In this document: piece by piece, positions 18,134 to 27,186 of the stretch
Numbering within the stretch: the first letter of the stretch is position 1
Layout: each line of letters begins with the position of its first letter
From: a virus
Lineage: Duplodnaviria > Caudoviricetes
Direction: 5' to 3' (one strand)
Virus record (IMG/VR): IMGVR_UViG_3300018080_000032
Coordinates: 1 to 50,973 of that record
DNA length: 50,973 nt
Program-made: the position numbers and the translations under genes
The notes under the pieces: generated by a model
The model's database searches: none
The model's input: only the letters and a program-made list of their open reading frames with translations
What the model was told of the DNA's origin: nothing

Positions 18134-21024
18134 GAGCCGTCCACCGTCACCGCCGTTCGGTTGCCCTGCGCGTCGACCGTCCCGGCTATCCTGTCCTTGG
18201 AGTCGGCCTGGTCACGGAATGCGATTGCTGTGGTCCCTCCTCCCGACGCCTTGCCAGCAGCGAAGGCTAGGAGGATGCGCTGAATCTCGCGGAGCGTCAG
18301 CTCGTGTGCGCCGCCCTCGTCCTCAACAGGCTCGTCCAGCACATCGTCCGCCGTAATCGACGAGATACCAGCAATCGCAAGCAACACCGCCGCCTCGGTC
18401 GCCGTCAAGCCTGCCGCCGTCGCCAGGGCCGACACGTCGGCTTTGTACTGTGACGGGTTGTCGAGGTCGGTCTGTAGTGCAGCTAGCTGAGTGTCGAGAT
18501 TCGCGGCGGCGAGGCCCACGGCAGAGCGGATCGTGGCCTCATCTATCGCGCCTGCCCACTCGTCCACGGCCCCGAAGCTACCAGCCGTCGTATGCTCTGA
18601 TCGCAGCACTTCCCAGACCGCAGAGGCTAGCGTGCCTACCGAGATCGGAATAGCAATCGGCGGCGTGACCGGCATGGCCGATGCCCACAAGTCCATCGAG
18701 CCAAGGTCCAGGGTGGTATTCGGCGGAAAGGCTATGCTGAAGTCATCCCAGTAGACGTAGGCGTCGGAGCCGGTAGCGTCGGTTCTTCCCGACAGAGTTA
18801 CCGTGATTCGCGGGAAGTCGGTCGTCGGTGTGAATGGCACAGTGAGCAGTTGCCAGTCGGTTGATTCTGCCGCCTCGGCATACGCCGTTGTTCCGTCATC
18901 ATAGTCGACAGTCAGACGCGGAAGCTGGTGAGTGCCGCCATAGTACGCTGCGTTGTTGATCTTGCACCATACGCCAATGAACATCGTCAGGTCGGTGAGG
19001 TCGCCGGTCGGAATGGTGAACGACCATTCCAGATTGTCACTATCCGAGAGCGGCTCAAACCTGACCGCGAAGCCTCCGGTGTGACACGTCGTATCGGTCA
19101 GGCCCGTTCCACTCGACCGGATAATGCCCGCTGGCAGGTAGTTGCGGTGATCGTCGCCCCCATCCCCGCTGAAGTCGTGAATGCCCACGAGCGTCCCCGG
19201 CAACATGTTGGTCAATTCCGTCGTGTCCACAGACACTACGCCGTCGGGCGCTCGGATCAGGACGTCGGTGCTGTATCCCTCCACGAAGTCCATCAGGACG
19301 TCGGTGCCACTTTCCGGCGAGAGGTTGATACCAGCAATCTCGACCTTTACGCAATTGGTCATGCGTAGGCCGGCGACCAAAGCGCCGTTTATCATCAGTC
19401 CGTCTATCGTAGAACCATTGAGGCTGCCGAGCACTACCCCGTAGTTTCCCATACACCACGCCGCTAGGTTCGTCGCCGTCAGCCGGGTCGTGGTACTGAA
19501 ACCGAATGCGTATTGAGCCGTAGTGTTTCGCATCGCGGCGTGCAACACGTTGTCGAGAACCAGGTCATTGCAGCCGGCGAAAGAGACGTTAGCTCTTGTG
19601 GCGGAATAGGAAGAGCGAACGAACAGCACATCCTCAAAGACGCACGCCCACAAATTCGAGAACGAACCCAACACGGAATAGGCGTTGTGGCGGTCAAAAA
19701 CAACGTGTGTGAGGTAGTGCGCAAACGTCTTGATCGCTTGGCCGCAAGAGAGCGAGTGGCCGTCAAAGAAACAGTGATCGAGGCGGGTATCCTCCCTCAG
19801 CCCTCCGTCGTAAAGGGTCATCTGTCCCTGAGTCGCGGACGTGTTATAGTAGACGCCGCTCAGGACAAGGGCCGATCTGTCATACCAGCTATAGCGAAAC
19901 GTTCCTCCCGCTGTGGCCGTAACCTTGACCCCGTAGCACGTGTCAGTGGTCAGATAGACGGGCATCCCCGCATAGTAAGACTTGCTCAGATTTCCCGTGA
20001 GCGTGACTGTCGTGCCAACCACGGAAAGGATCGTTGCCGCCTCAGAGTCGGCATAGTAAGCCCCGCAGACGTAGACGGTATCGCCTGCCTGCCAGTCGGC
20101 CGACACATCGTCCTCAAGCTCAATGACTGGTTGCCCTGACGAGGCCGCAGCGGCCAGCTTGGTCCAGATAATGTCGGGCGACTCGCCATAGAACCTTAGC
20201 TCCCCGAGCCGGTAGCGCCGGTAGGAGACGTAAGCCGGATCAGTCCCGTACATCTTGCCCGCGCCTGGCCCATCAAACACCAGGTTGAACTGCTCGCTCG
20301 CCGGCACCGGGGCGATTTCCGTACCAACCAAGAACTGAGCATCGCCGCCTATCTGCCACATTCCAGTAAGGGTCAGCGTGTACGACGCGGCAGGCGGATC
20401 TTCCAGCTGGAGCACGCCTCCATTCGCCAGGAACAACGCCCAGGTCGAGCCGGAATCCTGCTCCAGCGGCCCAAGCGCCCAGCTCTGGTCCATCGTGATC
20501 GTGTGCATGACCATCGCCGCATCGGAGGCCCCCGGCACGCCCGTCGCTGCGTCGGTGATGCAAGCTCGCACCATCTGCGTCTTGCCAGAATCCTTGTATT
20601 CGACATAGGGATTGCCGGTGCCTCCCGACCCCTTCTCGACCTGAAGTCGCCATGTGTTTGCCGCTGTCGTCACGGCGTAGGGCGAGGCAAATACGAACGG
20701 CACCCAGCAGTAGTAGCACAACGGCGCGTCGGCATACGAGAGCATCTCGGTGTAGCTCAACTCCACGCTCACCCGGTCAACCCACGAGCCGGTATTCTCT
20801 TGCAGCGTCACCTTCACCGGCCTGGTGTTGCCGTTGAACCACATCAGCAGCACAACGCCATGCAGGTTGCAGTTGTTGGCGAATGAAAGCACTTGCGTCG
20901 CAACGGTCGTTGCGAGCGCATCTTCCCAGACGCCCAATATCTCCAATGGCAACTGGTATTCCTCGCTCCGATACCATGTCGAAGCGGAGAGGCCCTCGTC
21001 GGCAGACGTGATGTAGACAGCCAC
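18130..21024 (-). CDS. Large fibre/spike protein: G8-like region, parallel beta-helix, CBM-like domain, helical stalk and short C-terminal domain
   Basis: 964 aa with repeating beta-helix-like rungs, DWQLLTVPFTP...VYWDDF (CBM-like) and GKASGGGTTAIAFRD...GNRTAVTVD at the end. Confidence 0.65.
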   Translation of the reverse strand: MAVYITSADEGLSASTWYRSEEYQLPLEILGVWEDALATTVATQVLSFANNCNLHGVVLLMWFNGNTRPVKVTLQENTGSWVDRVSVELSYTEMLSYADAPLCYYCWVPFVFASPYAVTTAANTWRLQVEKGSGGTGNPYVEYKDSGKTQMVRACITDAATGVPGASDAAMVMHTITMDQSWALGPLEQDSGSTWALFLANGGVLQLEDPPAASYTLTLTGMWQIGGDAQFLVGTEIAPVPASEQFNLVFDGPGAGKMYGTDPAYVSYRRYRLGELRFYGESPDIIWTKLAAAASSGQPVIELEDDVSADWQAGDTVYVCGAYYADSEAATILSVVGTTVTLTGNLSKSYYAGMPVYLTTDTCYGVKVTATAGGTFRYSWYDRSALVLSGVYYNTSATQGQMTLYDGGLREDTRLDHCFFDGHSLSCGQAIKTFAHYLTHVVFDRHNAYSVLGSFSNLWACVFEDVLFVRSSYSATRANVSFAGCNDLVLDNVLHAAMRNTTAQYAFGFSTTTRLTATNLAAWCMGNYGVVLGSLNGSTIDGLMINGALVAGLRMTNCVKVEIAGINLSPESGTDVLMDFVEGYSTDVLIRAPDGVVSVDTTELTNMLPGTLVGIHDFSGDGGDDHRNYLPAGIIRSSGTGLTDTTCHTGGFAVRFEPLSDSDNLEWSFTIPTGDLTDLTMFIGVWCKINNAAYYGGTHQLPRLTVDYDDGTTAYAEAAESTDWQLLTVPFTPTTDFPRITVTLSGRTDATGSDAYVYWDDFSIAFPPNTTLDLGSMDLWASAMPVTPPIAIPISVGTLASAVWEVLRSEHTTAGSFGAVDEWAGAIDEATIRSAVGLAAANLDTQLAALQTDLDNPSQYKADVSALATAAGLTATEAAVLLAIAGISSITADDVLDEPVEDEGGAHELTLREIQRILLAFAAGKASGGGTTAIAFRDQADSKDRIAGTVDAQGNRTAVTVDGS

Positions 21025-21320
21025 TACGGCCTCTCGAAGATTGGCTCGACTACCGCCTTGGTCGCCGCGAGATCGGCGTCAATCCTGGCTAGCTCGTCCT
21101 CGATCAGCCGCCTCGACCGTGCAGTGTTTGACAGCGCCGGGTAGTTGTCTCGCGCCCACTTCAGCAGCTCGGCGTCGGTCGGCTCGCCGGGTAGCTCGGC
21201 CAGCTGAGCCTTCAGGTCACGCTGCTGTGACAGCAGCTCCTTGCGGCTCAACACTTGGGCACGTCGGCCATCGAGCTTCACCCACGTGTCGGCGTTCCGG
21301 GTCGCTATGTACTCAGTCAT
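21024..21320 (-). CDS. Hypothetical coiled-coil protein
   Basis: 98 aa, coupled to the fibre gene. Confidence 0.65.
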   Translation of the reverse strand: MTEYIATRNADTWVKLDGRRAQVLSRKELLSQQRDLKAQLAELPGEPTDAELLKWARDNYPALSNTARSRRLIEDELARIDADLAATKAVVEPIFERP

Positions 21321-21326
21321 CTCGCG

Positions 21327-21602
21327 TCAGACTCCCAGTATGAAATGGACCGCCAGCACGAACATCGCCACGCCGACCGCGAAGCGCCGCCAGTTGTTTC
21401 CCCAGACCCAAGCCGAGATCCGGCGGCTCGCGGTGTGCTCGCAGCCCCAGCGCCACCAAGCGTACAGCTCCGCCGCCAGAACGCCAGCGGCAACGGCGCG
21501 CCACAGAGCATCCGACTCCTGGAGACCTAGTGCCCCGACCAGGATCGCCCACGCCAGCACGGCAACGCTCACCGTCACGCACGCCGCCCACGCGAGTCTC
21601 AC
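21327..21602 (-). CDS. Small membrane protein (about 3 TM)
   Basis: Three hydrophobic stretches in 91 aa. Confidence 0.6.
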   Translation of the reverse strand: MRLAWAACVTVSVAVLAWAILVGALGLQESDALWRAVAAGVLAAELYAWWRWGCEHTASRRISAWVWGNNWRRFAVGVAMFVLAVHFILGV

Positions 21603-21820
21603 CGACGCGCCTCCAAGCCGGCCAGCAGCAGCTCGCCGTAGGTGACGAACTGGCTGTGGTACCGCTCGTCGTGACGGCCGGCGTCGATCACGTCGTCGAG
21701 CGCCACGTCGTAGCAGATGCGCATGGCCAGACGTGTCAGCCAGTCGGCGACGTAGACGCGGATGGTGGTGATCACTAGAACACCTTCTCGCTCACGCCTG
21801 CCATCTCGGCACCTCGCCAC
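21599..21820 (-). CDS. Small hypothetical protein (start probably near 21775)
   Basis: Fills the gap after TerL; stop overlaps the next start. Confidence 0.45.
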   Translation of the reverse strand: MARCRDGRREREGVLVITTIRVYVADWLTRLAMRICYDVALDDVIDAGRHDERYHSQFVTYGELLLAGLEARR

Positions 21821-23043
21821 CTCTTTGCCTCGTCGACGTCATACGTGACAACCACGCGACCCGGTGCAGGAAGGTGAGCTGCGGCGATAGCTAGCGCCAT
21901 CACACCGTCCTGGACCAGGTTCTTGTCATCCCATCGGTACGCCCTGAGCTCGTGCGTCAGCTGTGGGATGTCGGCCCGTAGCAGATGTCGCTCGATAAGC
22001 ACCTGCAGGGCCTCAATGGCCTGGACCTTGCTGCGAGCCGTCGTGACGAATGGCTCGGCCCGGACATTCAGGTTCTCGATAACCGGGTCGCCGGGTCCGT
22101 TGGACTCGACGATTGTCCGTCCGCCGTATGCCTTGTGTCGACGCTCGATCATGTGCTGGATCTCGGGATATGGCACCCCAAGCACGCGCTCGCTGGCCAC
22201 AATCTCATATGGCTCCGTCGACCAGTCGATCGTCATGCCCCACGTGGCGTCGCGCCGCCGGCCGATATCCCATGCGGATAGGTAGCGGGTTCCGCGCGAG
22301 GGCTCCCGGAGACCCCTCCAGCCGGCGGCCATCGCTTCTACATCCGCGGACGCGAAGACCGCGTCGCCTGAGTCCACAAATTCGGCGAGGATCTCCTGAC
22401 GGAAGGTCATCAGCGGCATGGTCTGGAACAGCGCTTTGATCTCGCTGAACGAGATGTCGGGGTTCTCGAGCGGATGGGGCTCGCGTACCAATCCAGCGTC
22501 GGTGACACGCACGCCCAGCGTCGGAGCTCGCCACGCTGCAGCATCCGGGGTGACTCCGCCCTCCGCCTTCTGCCACTCTTCGTAGAACCAGTTGAGGCCC
22601 TTCGGCGTACCTCCGGCCCACAGCCAGCCGCCCGTGTCCAGCAGCATCGGGCGTAGCACTTCCTGCCACGCCCATGCCTTCACGTCGCCGACCTCGTCGA
22701 CGATGATCCCATCGGCGGTATGGCCGCGGGCACTGTCGGGATCGTCTAGCGAGCGATAAACTATGCGGCCGCCCCCGGGGAACGTCGCCGTCATGCGACT
22801 CGTGTTAAAGTCGACGGTATCGCCGCATGCCTTCCGGGTCTCGTCCCAGCCGATGCGGACCTGGTCGTATGTCGGCGCGCCCCAGAAGATCGTCTGGTGT
22901 TCGGCGGCCGCCTCGACGCCGATGCACATGAACATCGTGGTCTTCCGCCACCTTCTTCCTGCCGCTATCCAGCAGAATCTCTTGGCCGCTCGGCGAACAG
23001 CCTGCTGGCCAGGGTGCGGGTACGGAAGGACAATCTCACGCAT
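21775..23043 (-). CDS. terL: Terminase large subunit
   Basis: PHPGQ adenine-binding motif, AGRRWRKT Walker A variant, IIVDE Walker B, GTPKG, FRQEILAEF; nuclease WDIG and DGVMALA. Confidence 0.95.
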   Translation of the reverse strand: MREIVLPYPHPGQQAVRRAAKRFCWIAAGRRWRKTTMFMCIGVEAAAEHQTIFWGAPTYDQVRIGWDETRKACGDTVDFNTSRMTATFPGGGRIVYRSLDDPDSARGHTADGIIVDEVGDVKAWAWQEVLRPMLLDTGGWLWAGGTPKGLNWFYEEWQKAEGGVTPDAAAWRAPTLGVRVTDAGLVREPHPLENPDISFSEIKALFQTMPLMTFRQEILAEFVDSGDAVFASADVEAMAAGWRGLREPSRGTRYLSAWDIGRRRDATWGMTIDWSTEPYEIVASERVLGVPYPEIQHMIERRHKAYGGRTIVESNGPGDPVIENLNVRAEPFVTTARSKVQAIEALQVLIERHLLRADIPQLTHELRAYRWDDKNLVQDGVMALAIAAAHLPAPGRVVVTYDVDEAKRWRGAEMAGVSEKVF

Positions 23044-23443
23044 CGGGATTACGCCAGTCGTTCACATGTCGCAAGAGCAGCTCAATTGGCCCCCCGTCGC
23101 TACCTTCGAGCTGGTGCGCCTGAACAGGTTTGCCGATCAGGCGATCGAGAATCTCGCGGATGGCGGACATGTCCCCGGCTTGCGCCCGAGCCATCTGGAC
23201 GCGAAACATCTTACGGAGCTCCTCTTCAACCGCGAGCTCCTCATGCATGATGCGGAGCACCAAGGCCGCAATGTCGGCCGTCTTCACCAAGCCCTTCGCC
23301 TCGGCTTGCGGCCGAATGCGGACCGACGCCTGGCGAGCGTAGCTGTCCGAATAGCCCGCCTCTCGTGCGGCGGGTTCGTCTGCCATACCGGCGTTTACTA
23401 GCGCAGCCCAGCGCTCGAGTCGTGCTGACATTTGCTTATACAA
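23036..23443 (-). CDS. terS: Terminase small subunit
   Basis: AAREAGYS HTH, GDMSAIREILDRLIGKPVQ and GSDGGPI; directly upstream of TerL. Confidence 0.85.
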   Translation of the reverse strand: MYKQMSARLERWAALVNAGMADEPAAREAGYSDSYARQASVRIRPQAEAKGLVKTADIAALVLRIMHEELAVEEELRKMFRVQMARAQAGDMSAIREILDRLIGKPVQAHQLEGSDGGPIELLLRHVNDWRNPDA

Positions 23444-23468
23444 GGCCCCTGCGCAGAGGGTCGCTCAC

Positions 23469-23498
23469 CTACCAGTCTACCATCCCGGCTTAGCCCGG
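23469..23498 (-). promoter_or_regulatory. Putative late promoter, copy 1
   Basis: CCGGGCTAAG-N6-TGGTAGACTG-N-TAG directly upstream of terS. Confidence 0.7.
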
Positions 23499-23807
23499 TT
23501 CCGGCCATAGAAGCCCCCGCAGCGCCTGGGGAAGCGCATGGTGGTCCAATCGGTACAGAGTAGGGGCGTATCGACCCAGGTCGTCGCGGCCGTGCGGACG
23601 ATCCTCCTCGTAGAGCTCGACGATGTACGTCAGGATGTCCAAGTCGTGCCGGATGGTTCCCCTGGGCACTGCCAGCTGGTCCGCCATCTCGCCGGCCGTC
23701 ATCCCCGTCGGCGACTCGGCAAGCAGCCGGATGATCCGCAGCAGCCGCTCGGACCGATCAGCTCCATCGCGATCAGTCTCGGCGAGCACAGGCTCGGCAA
23801 TCGTCAT
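23490..23807 (-). CDS. Winged-HTH transcription regulator (HTH_11-like), candidate late regulator
   Basis: ERLLRIIRLL...MTAGEMADQLAVPRGTIRHDLDIL; last gene before terS. Confidence 0.75.
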   Translation of the reverse strand: MTIAEPVLAETDRDGADRSERLLRIIRLLAESPTGMTAGEMADQLAVPRGTIRHDLDILTYIVELYEEDRPHGRDDLGRYAPTLYRLDHHALPQALRGLLWPEPG

Positions 23808-24061
23808 GCCGCGACCCAGTTGCGCTCGAATTGCTCTGCTCGCACGATGATTCGCTGGTCGAGCTCGACAACGAGCCGCTCGGGCTCGTTGCCTGGCTTC
23901 TCGAACCCGGCGCGGCGCAGGCGTTCCAGCCTCTTATGGTCGCCTTCCCAGCGCACATCCGTCACGATCCGGATGCGGCCTGAGTGTCTGTTGATCACAC
24001 GGGCGCCGATGAAGGCGAGCGCACGCTTTGGTACAGGCTTTGGAGTGCTGGCGTTCTCCAC
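23804..24061 (-). CDS. Hypothetical protein
   Basis: 85 aa, ATGA-coupled to the next gene. Confidence 0.45.
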   Translation of the reverse strand: MENASTPKPVPKRALAFIGARVINRHSGRIRIVTDVRWEGDHKRLERLRRAGFEKPGNEPERLVVELDQRIIVRAEQFERNWVAA

Positions 24062-24081
24062 TGCTGTTCTCCGTCGTTCGC

Positions 24082-24429
24082 CTATGGCACGAGCACTGTC
24101 GGCTGTGGTTGTCGCTCCTCGATCTCACCGATCTGCATGAGCAGCAGCTGCTGGCCAGGGACCCACTGGTTTTCTGGCGGAAACACGAGCGCCATTGCCG
24201 CGTCCTCCGGGATGAGCGTGTAGCGCAGCGTCCCGAGTTCGTCGGTGGTTGGCAGTCTCCCGGGTGTCGCGACAAGCATCCGCCAGCCATGGCCCGATCC
24301 TGGTGCACCGACTCTGACTTGGCATTCGCCGTAGCGATACCAGCGCGAACTGGGATCCGGTGGCAGGTCGCGAGGAGGCGGGACCTCAACCGGCTTCGGC
24401 GGTGCGGTGGTGATGTTGGATCGTCTCAT
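24082..24429 (-). CDS. Conserved phage hypothetical protein
   Basis: RLPTTDEL...MALVFPPENQWV pattern seen in small phage proteins. Confidence 0.6.
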   Translation of the reverse strand: MRRSNITTAPPKPVEVPPPRDLPPDPSSRWYRYGECQVRVGAPGSGHGWRMLVATPGRLPTTDELGTLRYTLIPEDAAMALVFPPENQWVPGQQLLLMQIGEIEERQPQPTVLVP

Positions 24430-24620
24430 GGGCTCCCTTCGCGTCCGTCGAGCACCTCTCCCGTGCCCTCGTCGACCAGAGGCCGAGAAGCCACTGCCTC
24501 GCCGGACTTGGCGAGATGCGCCTCGACTTCAATGGGGAAACCGTTGTTCGACACTTCGACCTCCTGTGTTATGCCGCTTCTCGGCGCAGATCCGCGCCTG
24601 CCATGCCGATCATGTGACAA
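24426..24620 (-). CDS. Small hypothetical protein (start uncertain)
   Basis: Fills the gap after the DnaC-like gene; VDEGTGEVL motif. Confidence 0.4.
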   Translation of the reverse strand: MSHDRHGRRGSAPRSGITQEVEVSNNGFPIEVEAHLAKSGEAVASRPLVDEGTGEVLDGREGSP

Positions 24621-25522
24621 CAGCCTTCTAGGCGGCTGGCGATCTCGGCTCCACGCGCCACGCCGAACTCGCGCTCAACGTCCGCCGGGCCGCCTTTGGC
24701 GGTGACGATCGTGATCTTCCCATCCAGCGCACCCTGGTAGCGCACGTCTAAGAGCTCCCATGCGACCTCGCCGTGCCAGGGCAGCGACTCCCGAGACCTT
24801 AGCTCGTCGATCACGAGCAGTTCGTGCCGCGAGAGCCCATCCAGGATCTGGCTCTGTGAGGTCGGCGCGTCGGCATCGAAAGTCTGTCTGATGTCGTGCA
24901 GCAACCTCGGGAAGCTGACGAATCGACACGAGACGTACCGGGCAAGAGCAGCCAAAACGCCAATCGCTATACCCGTCTTGCCGACTCCACGCGGGCCGTA
25001 GAGAAACAGGCCCGGTCGATTGTGTTGTTGCCGAAAGCCTCTGGATGACTCGGCGAGCGCCACTGCCGCGAGGTAGGCGTCGGTCTGGCCCGGGCCGATG
25101 CCCCCAAAGCCGCCGCAATGCTCCTCAAACGTGTCGAGCGTCCAACCTCGATATGCTTGCGGGACGAAACACCTAGCCATGAGGTCGCCGACGGGAAGCT
25201 GCGAGAGGCAGTCAGGACATGACATCGCCCTGCCGAAGTCGGTATGAGTCGTCGGAAGATCGCGGCAGACGTACTTCAGGCCACCGCAGCGTGGGCAGAC
25301 ATCGGGTTGCTGATAGCCGGTGCCGCCGCAGTCGGGGCACCATTCCGGGAAGTCCTCGGTGCCAATCCATCCATCGCCAGAGCACGTAGCACAGGGCGGC
25401 TTGTCGCTCTTCGGGATCTCGAGCTCCTCCGCCTTCGCCCGCGCCCAAGTGATCTGCTCAGGCGGGCTCATGCCCTTTGTCTGGCCGAGTACACCAACTT
25501 TGACCTCACTGATGTGCCTCAT
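24569..25522 (-). CDS. DnaC/IstB-like helicase loader with N-terminal Zn fingers
   Basis: GPRGVGKT Walker A, LLVIDE Walker B, IASRL and GADLR; CxxCxGxG repeats; ATGA-coupled start at 25522. Confidence 0.9.
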   Translation of the reverse strand: MRHISEVKVGVLGQTKGMSPPEQITWARAKAEELEIPKSDKPPCATCSGDGWIGTEDFPEWCPDCGGTGYQQPDVCPRCGGLKYVCRDLPTTHTDFGRAMSCPDCLSQLPVGDLMARCFVPQAYRGWTLDTFEEHCGGFGGIGPGQTDAYLAAVALAESSRGFRQQHNRPGLFLYGPRGVGKTGIAIGVLAALARYVSCRFVSFPRLLHDIRQTFDADAPTSQSQILDGLSRHELLVIDELRSRESLPWHGEVAWELLDVRYQGALDGKITIVTAKGGPADVEREFGVARGAEIASRLEGCCHMIGMAGADLRREAA

Positions 25523-26403
25523 GGGTGCCCCTTCGCTCTTCGTTCCTCCGCCGCCTTCAGCCGTGCCTTCGCGGCCTCGATCTCGGCTAGCTGTTCTGGC
25601 GTTGCCGGCTCGTTTCGATTCGGCGTCCGGGGGGAAGCGCGGGCGTGATTGCTGGCCAGCCATTTACCCCAGTTGTCGGCGACGGCCGACTTCCCGCCGC
25701 TGTACTTCCAGTCCGGCGACTTCCGGTAGGCGTCGAACAGGCGATCCGCGTCCGGTGGGCCCAGCCCGTGGAACTTGGCTTTGTTGACCAGGTTGGCATA
25801 CCACGCGAGCCACCTACCGCCGCGTTTTGCGTGGATCGCCGCGCCGGAGTAGGCCGTGACGGGTGAGGTGAAGTCGCGCTCCCAGTCGGCTGTGGTCGGC
25901 GCGGACTTGTCCGCGCACTCCGTAGGAGTAGTGTCTTTCTTGTCCTTCTTAACCTTCTTGTTGCTTAACCTACTTAACCTACTTGGTTCGCAGTCCTGAG
26001 TCAGTCCTGAGTCAGTCCTGACGCAGCCCTCAGCTTCCGGCTGATCCTGAGCTAGGTCAGATTCAGCCGGTTTAGGGGCCGGGAATTGCGGTGCCGCCGT
26101 ATAGTTGAGCTTCTGGTAATGCGACCAACGGCGGAGCTCGATGTACTCCTGACCGTCCACGCGGTAGAGCGTCACGTTTCGGCAATGCGTGAGGACGCTA
26201 TCTCGTGCCGCCTCCACGTCCTCTACCGTCACCTCGTCATATCCGAAAATCTGCTTGCGCAGCACCAAGGGGCTCGCCTGAAGGTGGCCGTAGTCGTCGG
26301 CCATACTCACCATACCGATGAGTAGCAGTCGCTCCATGTGGCTGAGCCTGGCGACGTCTAGATCATCCCAGAAGCCAGGGTCGAGCATTCGCTTACGTGG
26401 CAT
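25519..26403 (-). CDS. Phage replication initiator protein
   Basis: RKRMLDPGFW...LLIGMVSMADDYG...WSHYQK N-terminal domain; internal repeats; adjacent to the loader. Confidence 0.85.
   Translation of the reverse strand: MPRKRMLDPGFWDDLDVARLSHMERLLLIGMVSMADDYGHLQASPLVLRKQIFGYDEVTVEDVEAARDSVLTHCRNVTLYRVDGQEYIELRRWSHYQKLNYTAAPQFPAPKPAESDLAQDQPEAEGCVRTDSGLTQDCEPSRLSRLSNKKVKKDKKDTTPTECADKSAPTTADWERDFTSPVTAYSGAAIHAKRGGRWLAWYANLVNKAKFHGLGPPDADRLFDAYRKSPDWKYSGGKSAVADNWGKWLASNHARASPRTPNRNEPATPEQLAEIEAAKARLKAAEERRAKGHP
25948..26021. repeat. Iteron-like repeats; probable replication origin inside the initiator gene
   Basis: CAGTCCTGAGT x3 in tandem (25991-26021, third copy partial) next to CTTAACCT x3 in an AT-richer patch. 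Confidence 0.75.
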
Positions 26404-26405
26404 CG

Positions 26406-26849
26406 CTAGTCCTGGCTTCCTGGAAGATGCGAGACCTGAAAGCCCCCCATCTCTGGCACCCTCATGATCTCGTCGATGTCCTGCTCGAGCTGTGGATCCA
26501 GCCGCCGCAGACCCTCTATCTTGCGGCAGGCGTGGATCACCGTGGTGTGATCGTGGCGCTGCACCGCCCGCGCTACCTGTGCGAGAGTGGCATCGGTAGT
26601 AGGGCGCATGAGGTACATCGCCACCTGCCGCGGCTCCGCGAGACGGCGCTCACGCGACCGAACCAGGAGCTCGCTCGGCGTCAGTTCGTAGTGCTCTGCC
26701 ACTCGGTCGACGATGTCGTCGAGCTGCTCGGCCAAGTGCATCTCCTGATCGTCGTGGACGATCTCACGCAAGGGCCTTCGCGGATCGCCACGCTTTGTGT
26801 GCACTTTCGCAAGCGTATCTGAAGCTCCCGCACACGAGTCACTCGTCAT
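26406..26849 (-). CDS. Stand-alone DnaA C-terminal (domain IV) HTH protein
   Basis: IVDRVAEHY...RSRERRLAEPRQVAMYL...TLAQVARAVQRHDHTTVIHACRKI; start could be the ATG near 26740. Confidence 0.9.
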   Translation of the reverse strand: MTSDSCAGASDTLAKVHTKRGDPRRPLREIVHDDQEMHLAEQLDDIVDRVAEHYELTPSELLVRSRERRLAEPRQVAMYLMRPTTDATLAQVARAVQRHDHTTVIHACRKIEGLRRLDPQLEQDIDEIMRVPEMGGFQVSHLPGSQD

Positions 26850-27186
26850 GGCTTGCCTCCGCGCTCAACTTGCGCTCGCCCCAAGCGAACCAAGCGGCCA
26901 TGATGCGATCGTACTGCTGACTCGCGGCATCGGCCGTGGCTTCGAAGTCCTCGCCTGGCCAGTAACCCCGCTCGCTGAATCGCTCGCCGGCGGTCTCGTG
27001 GGTCGTGCCATCGAACGGATTCCGAAACCAGAATAGCTCGACGTCGCCGCCTGAACTGTCAGCATTCAGTCGCACCGAGGCCAGGTCCTCGAAGTGCAAC
27101 ACACCGACGGCTTCGCCGCTACTCAGTAGGAGCCCGTCAGGCATCGGCCTAATATCGATCACGCTCTCCCAATAGAGCACGGTCAC
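26839..27186 (-). CDS. Hypothetical protein
   Basis: 115 aa, overlapping both neighbours. Confidence 0.55.
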   Translation of the reverse strand: MTVLYWESVIDIRPMPDGLLLSSGEAVGVLHFEDLASVRLNADSSGGDVELFWFRNPFDGTTHETAGERFSERGYWPGEDFEATADAASQQYDRIMAAWFAWGERKLSAEASHDE

